From Azolla caroliniana (taxonomy: Eukaryota; Plantae; Polypodiophyta): DNA of 64,000 nt. A model generated the notes under the pieces. That model was not told where the DNA came from. It saw nothing but the letters and a program-made list of their open reading frames with translations, and did not search any database. Both the position numbers and the translations under genes were made by a program. Each line of letters opens with the position of its first letter. The first letter of the stretch is position 1. Shown here one piece after another: positions 49,161-59,240 of the stretch. Location of the stretch: the NCBI GenBank assembly GCA_043228905.1, contig JBHGNT010000005.1:6882001-6946000 (forward strand), written 5' to 3'.

Positions 49161-52100
49161 ATAGAAAAACAGAAAATTGTATTAACAAGGAGACAAGAAT
49201 AACCAACAACATACAAAGAGAAGGAGAAGGTGCTTATGTAGTCACCTTCTCTCTAAGTTCCCTTACTAGTACCGCCTCTTGGGAAAGAGGTTGTGTAACT
49301 ACCTAAAGAATATGTGTCATAGAACATTAACTTTTATGACACACTAGTTACTATATAAGGAGGTGGGATGTTCAAACACTTGAGTATCCTAGATTGTGTT
49401 CCCACACATGGGAAGTTGAGTTTGATTCTCAACACCGCTTAATCGGCATCTGTATACCCTTTGAGTAGAATGATCATGTCTGATTTATAAAAGATGCCGA
49501 AATCCATCATTCCATGTACGTACCTAAGTACTCTCTTAGCGCAATTGAGATGTATATCCCGGGGTTTCTGCATGAATTGGCTAAGTAGACCGACCGTATA
49601 GCTGAGGTCGAGTCGTGTGATGGTAAGGTAGATTAAGTTGCCAATCAATTGACGGTACTCAATCGGCTCACACTCTGTAGTGCTAGATTCGGCATCGAGC
49701 TTGAGATTTTGATCAAGAAGGGTAGACACAGGTTTGCACTCTGTCATCCCGAACTTGTAGAGCAAGTTGAGAATGTAGTGCCATTGAGAGATCAATATTC
49801 CGACTGGTGTCTGAATTACTTTGATACCAAGGAATTAATGGAGCTCATGCATGTCTTTCATTTCGAATTTTCCGAATAGGAGTGATTTGAGCTTAGTAAT
49901 GTCAGCTGGATTATTTCGTCCGATGACTAGATCATCCACGTACAGGATGATGACAATTGGGTTGTTTGTCTCGTTTTTTATGTACAGGTAGTTGTCCGAT
50001 TTTGACATTCGGAAGTTGATTTGATGAAGATACAAGGTCTTCGAATGCCAAGCACACGACACTTCCTTGAGTCCATATAGCGGCTTCTTGAGTCGGTAGA
50101 CTGTTGAGAAATGAATCGTAATCCATAAGACAAAAGGAGGAATACGCTGAAATACACAACAATTACTCTGAAATACTGAAAACATTGTACACAGATTTAA
50201 TGTGGAAACCCTAAAACGGGAGAAAACCATGGAGAACGGAGCTTCACTATATAGTGGATATACAATGACGAGATCAGAGTACAACACTCTCTACATAGAG
50301 TGTAAACAGCCTCACAACGCTCTTGGTATATGTTGTTACTTAATACAGCTATGGCGTTGCTCACTCTCCTCTCTCCTCTCACTTCTCGCTCTACGGTGCT
50401 CCCACTATTTTGTTCTTCACTCTTCCTCTACATAATACATTGTTTACCCTAGGTGTATTTATACTAAGACACAATATTGGCTATTTATAAATGTAGCCCC
50501 TACTACGCATCACTATTATTATTATCTATAATAATAAGTAGCCATCAACCAACTCTAGTGTTGACTGTTCGGTCGGTCCGACTAGTCGGTCGTGTCTTCA
50601 ACCTGGATCTCCTTTCTGTCGAATCACCCAGTCGACTCTCACATTCGAATTTCTCATAGTCGACGCTTCTATCTTTGACCGTCAGCACTTCTTGGTCCAA
50701 ACAGTCGGCTCCTCTCACCGGAGGGATATATTCCCAACAAACGCCGCCTTTACTCCTATGTGGAGGAGGCTATTATTCCTATTCTTTGTCGACAGACTTT
50801 GAGTCTGTCCATCGGTAGGTTCTTTGTCAGTATGTTGGATCCATTGTCGTCAATATGGATCTTCACTAGGGAAAACTCTCCTTCATCTACCTTCTCTCGC
50901 AACCAATGATACCTCCTTTGTATATGCTTGGTCTAAGAGTGGTATGCAATGTTCTTTGCAATATGTATGGCACTCTGATTATCACAGTGGAGCAAGCATT
51001 CTTCTTGCTTCATCTCGAGTTCACCGAGGAAACTCTTCATCCAAATCAGCTCCTTGTTGGCCTCTACTGCCGCCATGTACTCTACCTCTGTGGTTGACAA
51101 GGCCACATACTTCTGCAGTCGTGATTGCCACGACACTGCTCCCCCTTGCATAGGTCATCACATACCCTGACGTGGATCGGCTCGAGTCGGCATCCCCCGA
51201 CATGTCTGAATCGGTAAACCCTTCAAGCATGGGTTTTCCGACGCCATACCTTAAGCATACCCTTGAGATTCCTTTTAAGCACTTGAGTATCCATTTCATC
51301 GCTACCCAGTGCTCTCGTCCTAGATTACTCATATATCGGCTTACTGTTCCCACAATAAATGCTATGTCTGGTCTCGTGCAAACCATAGCGTACATTAAAC
51401 TACCGACGGCTGAGGCATATGGTATACTTTCCTCATCTCCACCTTTTCTATATCCCCTCTCTGGCATTGCTTTGCATTCAGGTTGCAGTTAATCGGTAAC
51501 ATAGAGCCGACTGGCTTTGCTTCCAACATGTTGAATCTTTGTAGGATCTTCGTCAAGTATTTCTCTTGTGACAACCACAACACTTTCTTAGTTCTGTTCC
51601 GAACTATGTGCATCCCTAAGATCTATCATGGCAAACGATTTTCCTAGAGCTTTCTTCAAGCTTCCAATCTTCCTTGTATCTTGACTGACTATCAACATGT
51701 CATCTGCATATAACAAGAGAATGAAGAAGTCACCTTCATCGTACCTTTTGACGAACACACAGTGATTAGCATGTGTTTTCTGGAACCTATGTTCCACCAT
51801 GAAGGACTCAAACTTCTTGTACCATTGGCGTGGACCTTGTTTCAGAACATACAAGCTTTTCTTCAGTCAACACACCAGATTCTCTTTCCCTTTCTCCACA
51901 AAGCCTTTGGGCTACTGCATGTAGATCTCTTCCTTCAACTCCCCATGCAAGAATGTCGTCTTGACATCCAACTGTTCGATCTCCAAAACAGTTCTAATGG
52001 ATGTCATCTTCATGACTGGAGCAAATATTTCGTCAAAGTCGACGCCCTTTTTCTGTTGGAAACCCTTCACCACAATGTGGGCTTTATACCTAGGCGCAAT

Positions 52101-53524
52101 GTCGACTTCTCCAATCATCACCTTGTAGACCCATTTATTCCCGAGTGCTCCCTTACCTTTCGGTAGTTCCACTAAGTCATAGGTGTAGTTCTCATGCAGG
52201 GAGTCCATCTCATCTTGCATTGCACTCAGCCATTTTTGTCTGTGCTTGTCGGCAATGGCTTCGTCATAGGACTGGGGTTCACCTTCATCAGTCAAGAGGA
52301 TGTATTGACTGGCATTTGTCGTCGGTGCTCTCCTTTCTCTGAGTGGGTATCTCCTTCCACTCATTCTTGGCCCTCGTTCGGATGTCTCTGCCAACTGTTC
52401 TCTTGGTTCGTTCATGTCGATCGGTTGTCGGATGTCCGCTTAATCCGATTCGTATTCAACAATAAACTTTAACAAATTTGATTCAGATTCGGATGTGCCG
52501 ACTGACTGTCTCCGAACAACCAACTATGTCGGTTTACTTGGCCTCAAGTCGATAATAGTGGAGGTTGACTGGTTAGTCGATTCCGACTTCTGTTGCTTCC
52601 AATCCTCTATGATCTTGTCTTCCAAGAAGACTACGTCCCAACTCCTCACCATCTTCTTGTCGACTAAGTCCCATAGCCTATAGCCAAACTCATCTTTCGA
52701 GTATCCCATGAATACATTGCATGGTTTCGACTTACTGTCAAGCTTCGCTCTCTGATCCTTAGCCACATGCATATATATACTAGACATCCGAACACCCTCA
52801 GGTGTTGGTAGGAGACATCCTTTCTTGTCCCACACCCTTTGTGGCACATCACCTTTCATTAGCACTAAGGGAGACCTATTGATCAGATAAATAGTTGTGT
52901 ACATCGCCTCAGCCTAGTATATTTTTGGCAGTTTCGCATGCGACAACATGCTACTTACTCTCTCCATGATTGTTCGGTTCATCCTCTCTGCAAGCCTATT
53001 CAACTCAGGGGTCTTCAGTACTATGTATTCGATTCGAATACCTTGGGCCTTGTAGTATTCCTCGAACTGCCCTTTATATTCGCCACCATTGTTGATTCAG
53101 ATAGCCTTCAACTTCCGACCTGACTCCCATTCAGCTCTTGCCTGGAACTCCTTGAAAAATGACAATACTTGATCCTCTGACCTCAGTAAGTAGGCCCATG
53201 TCTTTTGACTATAGTCGTCAATAAACGTTACAAAGTATTGTCCACCCCGATGCGATGGAGCATCTACATAACACAAATCCGTGTGTACTAGTTCCAGTGG
53301 CACTTCTCTTCTTCTCGGTGGTCTTGTGTGGAATACTGCTCTGTTCTGATTTCCAACTAAGCAGTCGACACACTTCTCCAGGTGCACTCCCTTTACGTTG
53401 TCGTGATGTTGCGTGTCCAATAGGAGAAACTGTGAAGTAGTGTAGTTCCACGCACATTACACAAATGATTATAAATATGAAAATTATCCTAAGGCCTAGT
53501 GGCATTCGAGTGCATATAAAGGGG

Positions 53525-53592
53525 TGCAAGAAAGATTTGAACCTTACACCTCCAAGACAGAAGACATTTATCTTACCATTAGGGCTACTACC
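53525..53592 (-). ncRNA. tRNA-like Pol III promoter in the V LTR
   Basis: Minus strand TAGCCCTAATGGTAAG...GAGGTGTAAGGTTCAAATC at tRNA spacing. Confidence 0.62.
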
Positions 53593-54012
53593 AAGTACTT
53601 TTAATGTTATGTATTTCTTTTCATATTCAAAAGGCATAGGAAAACAACCGTATAAAACTGTGTGCACAAAACCATGTTCCAAGCCCATGGTTTTGTGAAT
53701 GCCACAAGAAAAACCGTGTGCACAAAAACCATGTTAGAAGCATGGATAATGATGTCGTGAAGATGCTCGCGTGCGTCTGCTACTTGAGCAGGACCACCGG
53801 GGCCACAGACCAGGGAGGACGTTCACGAATTTGTCGAACAGACAACGATGTGGATGTTATAGTCGAGGAAACCAATGTCACATTTGACAAAAACAATGAT
53901 TTTTAGGCTCATGAAGAAGATAGATTTCAAGAAGAAGATTATATTGATGGTGATGATAATGAGCGAGACCACCGGGGCCACGAACCAGGGAGGACGTTGT
54001 CATGAGTGTCAT

Positions 54013-54080
54013 GAGATGGCAAGACTCGAACCCATGACCTTATGGTATATGGGTCGAGCTCTTAACCATCTCACCATCTG
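54013..54080 (-). ncRNA. tRNA-like Pol III promoter in U3 of T; copy at 59267-59334
   Basis: Minus strand TGGTGAGATGGTTAAGAGC...AAGGTCATGGGTTCGAGTC. Confidence 0.7.
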
Positions 54081-54446
54081 TTGTAATTCATAGAATATTA
54101 TTTTCATTTATGTTTTATTATAAGAAAGTAATGTATATTCCAGATTTCTCTGGAACATTCTAGAAGCTTCAGGATTATTCCTGAGAACACTATAAAAGAA
54201 GGCACTAAGCATTATGTTGAACCAAATTGGTTCAACACCAGTCTTAAGCCTCTTAGTCGATTTGTACTTATTTTTCATATAATATAAGAGCTGCTGTCAT
54301 CATCCTATTTCTCTCTCTCTCTCCTCTTCTCACTTCCTCTCTCTCGGGAATCTTACGCAGTCCCGTCCTCTTAGTACTAATAGTACTAATAGTACTACTC
54401 TTCTTAGTACTAATTCCATCTCTGTTTTAGTACTATTCCTGACAGT

Positions 54447-54459
54447 TTGAACCAATTTG
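54447..54459 (+). promoter_or_regulatory. Self-priming PBS of T
   Basis: TTGAACCAATTTG is complementary to CAAATTGGTTCAA at 54223-54235, 32 nt after TATAAAAG at 54191. Confidence 0.85.
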
Positions 54460-54513
54460 TTCCTCTAGCCTACTTGTCACTCTCCCTCATCTTCCTACCC
54501 TTTCCCCTATACT

Positions 54514-55671
54514 ATGGCCACTGTTAGCGCCCAAGAATACCAATCCGTTTTCTCCGAGCTACAGTGCCTAAAAGAAAAGTTTGTTGCCTTGGAACAAGAA
54601 AACCAACGGCTGATAGGGGATCTGCAACAAATCGCTCTAGAAAAACAACAAACGCAACAACAACATGGGGAGTTAGCGTTACGGGTACAACAACTCGAAG
54701 CAGCGTTGCAACAACAAGGATCCAGTCCCCAAGGATTTCATAAAGAGCCCAAGATTGGACTTCCTGTGAAATTTGATGGAACGCGTTCGCAATTTCGGGG
54801 ATTCCTTAATCAGGTACGCTTAGTCATCCAGATGCATCCTTCCCGATATCCCACTGATGCATCTCGAGTCGGCCTAATAGGCACGCTACTTAGCGGCTCA
54901 GCCTTGGCATGGTTCGCTCCGCTTCTAGAAAAACAATCGCCCTTGCTTAATAACTTTGAAGATTTTATTGGTGAGTTTAAAGCCTGCTTTGGAGACACCG
55001 ACAGCATCAGGACGGCGATCAACAAGATCCGGCGATTGCGTCAAGGCGATCGTCCAGCCTCTGCCTACGCGGCGGATTTCCGCCTACTTGCTTCAGATAT
55101 ACCCTGGGATGATCAAGCACTAATGGAGCAGTTTCGCTATGGCTTGCGAAACGATGTCAAAGATCTACTTCTAACTTTCCCCGAAGAACCAAAGTCTCTT
55201 ACGGAGGCGATCAGTCGAGCAGTTCGATGTGACAACCGCCTTTTTGAACGGCGTTCAGAACGTCAATTACAGATACCACGCTCTAGGCCAGAGCCCACTT
55301 ACGCCGCAGTCGCGGCTAAACCGTTTGCACGAGACATACCTCAAGCAAATACTTCGACACCGATGGAGATCGATACCATGCGTCGACGCGGCCCGTTATC
55401 GGAAGAAGAAAAGCAACGACGACGTGCCAATCGATTATGCCTTTATTGCGGTGGACCAGGACATATCGCCATCAATTGTCCCCATAGGCCAAGAAGACAG
55501 GTAAATCAAATTGTCGCCTGTACTAAACCGGAGTCAATTCTTCCCTTCGGAGTGTCTGATAGTAGTAATAGTACTAATAGAGTGTCAGATAGTATTCATA
55601 GTACTAATAGCCCAAGTATCTCAAATAAATTTGAAATCCTTAGTCAATTAGATGAAGAGTTAAACGATTGA
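54514..55671 (+). CDS. Gag of T (385 aa; coiled coil, capsid, CCHC knuckle)
   Basis: KFDGTRSQFRGF, LSGSALAWF, LRQG, PMEID, CLYCGGPGHIAINC. Confidence 0.95.
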   Translation: MATVSAQEYQSVFSELQCLKEKFVALEQENQRLIGDLQQIALEKQQTQQQHGELALRVQQLEAALQQQGSSPQGFHKEPKIGLPVKFDGTRSQFRGFLNQVRLVIQMHPSRYPTDASRVGLIGTLLSGSALAWFAPLLEKQSPLLNNFEDFIGEFKACFGDTDSIRTAINKIRRLRQGDRPASAYAADFRLLASDIPWDDQALMEQFRYGLRNDVKDLLLTFPEEPKSLTEAISRAVRCDNRLFERRSERQLQIPRSRPEPTYAAVAAKPFARDIPQANTSTPMEIDTMRRRGPLSEEEKQRRRANRLCLYCGGPGHIAINCPHRPRRQVNQIVACTKPESILPFGVSDSSNSTNRVSDSIHSTNSPSISNKFEILSQLDEELND

Positions 55672-58600
55672 GTCCAGCCAAAATAGGAGCCATTTGGTTG
55701 GACAGCAGCCCTAGATCTGTACAGCCCATTAGTGGTTCCATTCCTTCCAAGCAAGTTAGCAATGTGTTCCTAGCCCAAGTCATTGTTAGTACTAAAAGTA
55801 CTCCCCCAGTACCCGTCCTAGCACTTTTAGATTCCGGAGCTAATTCCTGTTTCATGGATCGAAATTTTGCCCAAGCTTCTCAGATATCCTTAAGAAAACT
55901 TCCTTGTCCCGCATCTGTAGTGGTCATTGATGGTCGTCCCATTGCTTCCGGGAATATTGTAGAAGAATCAGAACCCATTCAAGTTGTCCTAGGTAGTTTT
56001 GTGTGTATAATATCATTTAATATAATTAGTAGTCCAGAGCATCCCATTGTCCTAGGATTACCTTGGCTTGAGTTACATAATCCAGCCATAGATTGGAGAA
56101 CAAGAGAAGTCCGATATCGACCACCCCAAGAATCAACTCGCCGAGTTTCGACCATTTCACTCCATCAACTACGCGAAGAAGGACCCAAGGAGGCAATGTT
56201 CCTATTTTCCATATCAGTACATCCTTCCAACACTATTAAGAAGGACTCCTCAGTACAACTTCCGGCAAAATATCATCCTTATGCCGATGTATTTGACAAG
56301 GTAAAAGCCGGTACCCTTCCTCATCACCGTCCCTATGACTGTCCCATCGATTTACAACCAGGAACCGAGCCACCATGGGGACCAATTTACAACCTGTCAC
56401 CCACCGAGTTAGAAGTCCTTCGAGCCTACATAGAGGAGAACTTGGCAAGCGGGTTCATCCGTCATTCGAAATCTCCGGCCGGTGCACCCATCTTCTCTGT
56501 CAAGAAGAAAGATGGCTCACTTCGTCTTGTCGTTGATTACCGCGGATTAAATAAAGTCACCATCCGGAATAGGTATGCACTTCCTCTTATATCAAGTCTT
56601 TTAGAGCGAGTTAATGGTGCCAAGTTTTTTACTAAAATCGACCTACGCGGAGCGTATAATCTCGTGCGGATCCGACCGGGAGATGAGTGGAAGACCGCTT
56701 TTCGCACGCGGTATGGGCATTTTGAGTATACTGTTATGCCGTTTGGCCTAACCAATGCACCCGCAGTCTTCCAACACATGGCAAATGATATATTCAGAGA
56801 CCTCTTGGATATCTGTTTGATCATTTATCTGGATGATCTGTTGATTTATTCGAAGACCCAGGAAGAGCACGACTCTCATGTACTATTAGTACTAAAGCGA
56901 CTCCGCGAGAATGGTCTTTATGCCAAGCTAGAAAAATGTAGCTTTGACTGCAAGCAAGTGGAATTTCTAGGCTACGTCATCTCCTCAAAGGGCATCGCCA
57001 TGGATCCAGCTAAGATCCAAACTGTACTAGAGTGGCAAATTCCACGGTCGGTACGAGATGTACAATGTTTTCTAGGTTTTGCTAACTTCTACCGTAAGTT
57101 TATACAGGATTACTCGAAGATTATTTTACCTCTCACACAACTTACGAAGAAGGGCCAAGCATTTCTTTGGTCCATTGAAGCAGATATGGCTTTTCGGCAT
57201 CTTAAGAAAGCCTTTACATCAGCACCGATTCTAGCTCATGTGGATACAAGCAAACCATTCATCATGGAGGCCGACGCATCAGATTTCGCCCTTGGTAGCA
57301 TCCTTTCTCAACAAGGTGATAAAGAAGAGTTGCATCCGGTGGCTTTTCATTCGCGCAAATTCGATGTCGCAGAAATCAACTACGAAATACATGACAAGGA
57401 GTTATTAGCCATCGTGGATTCATTTATACAATGGCGGCATTTCTTAGAGGGCTCTCCACATCAGGTCATTGTCTTCAGCGATCATAAAAATCTTGCTTAT
57501 TTTCAGAACGCTCGCGTACTAAATCGACGGCAAGCTCGGTGGGCGCAATTCCTCACGCGTTTCGACTTCAAAATCACATATCGACCGGGGAAGCAGCAAG
57601 GAAAAGCAGATGCACTATCACGACGTTCATATCTTGCACCTCGTCCTGGTGAAGCAACATTTGATAATCAAAAGCAAGTAATCTTGGGACCAACACGATT
57701 GCACACGACGCGGATTTTTCACACCCCGATGGATTCACGGATTACCGATGACATACGTGCAACCTTGAAGACGGATAGTTTTGCTCAAGACATCCTGGCG
57801 CACATTGATACTTCTCGGGCATCCTGTTCTCAGTCTCAACAACCAGGTATTGACTACCGACAATTCGAATATCATGATGGTTTGTTATTCTTTAAAAAGC
57901 GCGTATATGTCCCCGATTGCTCCTGTCGCCTTCAAATTGTCCAACATTGTCACGACACCCATACGGCGGGACATTTTGGTAGTACTAAGACGTTGGAGCT
58001 AGTGCAGCGATCTTTTTGGTGGCCCCACATGCGCCGTTTTGTCGACGACTACGTTCGGACCTGTGATGCTTGCTGCCGAGCAAAGATGCCACGACACCAT
58101 CCATATGGCTTGTTGGAACCTTTACCAATTCCAAGTAAGCCATGGCAGTCTATTTGTCTTGATTTTATCACAGATCTGCCGGTCTCGAAAGGGTTCGATG
58201 CTATCCTAACCGTCGTCGATCGATATACGAAGATGGCACATTTTGTGCCATGTACTAAAGCCATCACTAGCGAGGAAACCGCCGCTCTTGTTATGCGTGA
58301 GGTTTTTCGGCATCATGGCCTCCCAGACAGTATTATCAGTGACCGAGGCCCGCAATTTGTCTCCAAATTTTGGCAGCATCTCTTCAAGATGCTCAAGGTC
58401 TCTTGCAACCTCTCCTCCGGCTACCATCCTCAAACCGACGGACAGGCGGAACGAACAAACCAAACGCTGGAGCAATATCTCCGGTGTTTCCTGAGTTATC
58501 AACAGGACGATTGGGCCGAGATTCTCCACTTTGCGGAGTTTGCGTATAATAATGCTATTCACTCCTCGACTCGGGTCTCCCCATTTTTCGCTTATACCGG

Positions 58601-59240
58601 TTTCCATCCTCGCTGGTCGGTGATCGACACTCCGGAGCTACCTACCAACCCTCGTGCCGAGGATCATTTGGAGAGGCTACGCAAGATCCAGATGGATCTC
58701 TCTACTCACCTTCGTCATGCTCAACACACACAGAAGACTTATGCGGATCGTCATCGGATTCCCTCCTCTTTTGCCATCGGAGATCGAGTATGGCTCTTAC
58801 GTCGTCACATCAAGACTACTCGACCGTGCGACAAGTTGGATTATCGACGACTCGGTCCTTTCCGTATTACGGGGAAGATTAATGATGTCACCTTCCGCCT
58901 TGATCTCCCTCCGCAGCTTCAGATACATCCGGTTTTCCATTGTTCTCTTCTTGAACCTTATAAAGCAAACACCATTCCCGATCGTGTGACACCACCGCCG
59001 CCCCCACTGGAGTTGGACGCCGGCCCGGAGTATGAAGTTGCTGCCATCCTCGATTCCAAACTTGTTCGCAACAAACTCTATTACTTGGTCGATTGGCTCG
59101 GTTATAGTCCGAGTGAACGTACTTGGGAACCCGTCGAGAATGTTGCCAATGCACAAGATCTTCTTGCTGATTTCCACCGAAAGTATCCGGACAAACCCGG
59201 TCCGCAAGTAACGCTGACTCGTTTCACTCGTCGTCTTTAA
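55659..59240 (+). CDS. Pol of T (protease, RT, RNase H, integrase, chromodomain), probably reached by -1 frameshift
   Basis: LLDSGA, YLDDLL, DAS, SDRGPQF, YEVAAIL...YLVDWLGY...TWEP; G TTA AAC at 55659-55665 followed by a stem. Confidence 0.95.
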   Translation, partial: VKRLSPAKIGAIWLDSSPRSVQPISGSIPSKQVSNVFLAQVIVSTKSTPPVPVLALLDSGANSCFMDRNFAQASQISLRKLPCPASVVVIDGRPIASGNIVEESEPIQVVLGSFVCIISFNIISSPEHPIVLGLPWLELHNPAIDWRTREVRYRPPQESTRRVSTISLHQLREEGPKEAMFLFSISVHPSNTIKKDSSVQLPAKYHPYADVFDKVKAGTLPHHRPYDCPIDLQPGTEPPWGPIYNLSPTELEVLRAYIEENLASGFIRHSKSPAGAPIFSVKKKDGSLRLVVDYRGLNKVTIRNRYALPLISSLLERVNGAKFFTKIDLRGAYNLVRIRPGDEWKTAFRTRYGHFEYTVMPFGLTNAPAVFQHMANDIFRDLLDICLIIYLDDLLIYSKTQEEHDSHVLLVLKRLRENGLYAKLEKCSFDCKQVEFLGYVISSKGIAMDPAKIQTVLEWQIPRSVRDVQCFLGFANFYRKFIQDYSKIILPLTQLTKKGQAFLWSIEADMAFRHLKKAFTSAPILAHVDTSKPFIMEADASDFALGSILSQQGDKEELHPVAFHSRKFDVAEINYEIHDKELLAIVDSFIQWRHFLEGSPHQVIVFSDHKNLAYFQNARVLNRRQARWAQFLTRFDFKITYRPGKQQGKADALSRRSYLAPRPGEATFDNQKQVILGPTRLHTTRIFHTPMDSRITDDIRATLKTDSFAQDILAHIDTSRASCSQSQQPGIDYRQFEYHDGLLFFKKRVYVPDCSCRLQIVQHCHDTHTAGHFGSTKTLELVQRSFWWPHMRRFVDDYVRTCDACCRAKMPRHHPYGLLEPLPIPSKPWQSICLDFITDLPVSKGFDAILTVVDRYTKMAHFVPCTKAITSEETAALVMREVFRHHGLPDSIISDRGPQFVSKFWQHLFKMLKVSCNLSSGYHPQTDGQAERTNQTLEQYLRCFLSYQQDDWAEILHFAEFAYNNAIHSSTRVSPFFAYTGFHPRWSVIDTPELPTNPRAEDHLERLRKIQMDLSTHLRHAQHTQKTYADRHRIPSSFAIGDRVWLLRRHIKTTRPCDKLDYRRLGPFRITGKINDVTFRLDLPPQLQIHPVFHCSLLEPYKANTIPDRVTPPPPPLELDAGPEYEVAAILDSKLVRNKLYYLVDWLGYSPSERTWEPVENVANAQDLLADFHRKYPDKPGPQVTLTRFTRRL

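Larger units (their letters stand above)
39927..49434 (-). repeat. Copia solo LTR, tandemly duplicated: copy A 39927-48945 (split by Z), copy B 48979-49434
   Basis: TGTAAAGAATC...GATTCTCAACA termini as in C0; ~37 bp of flank (39890-39926) is duplicated at 48941-48978. Confidence 0.8.

Noticed and set aside
54013-54080. Functional tRNA genes at the tRNA-like motifs
   Set aside because: Acceptor and anticodon stems do not pair convincingly; only the promoter boxes and spacing are retained
54514-55671. Domesticated PEG10/RTL1-like gene
   Set aside because: Flanked by identical LTRs and a TSD, so it is a mobile element
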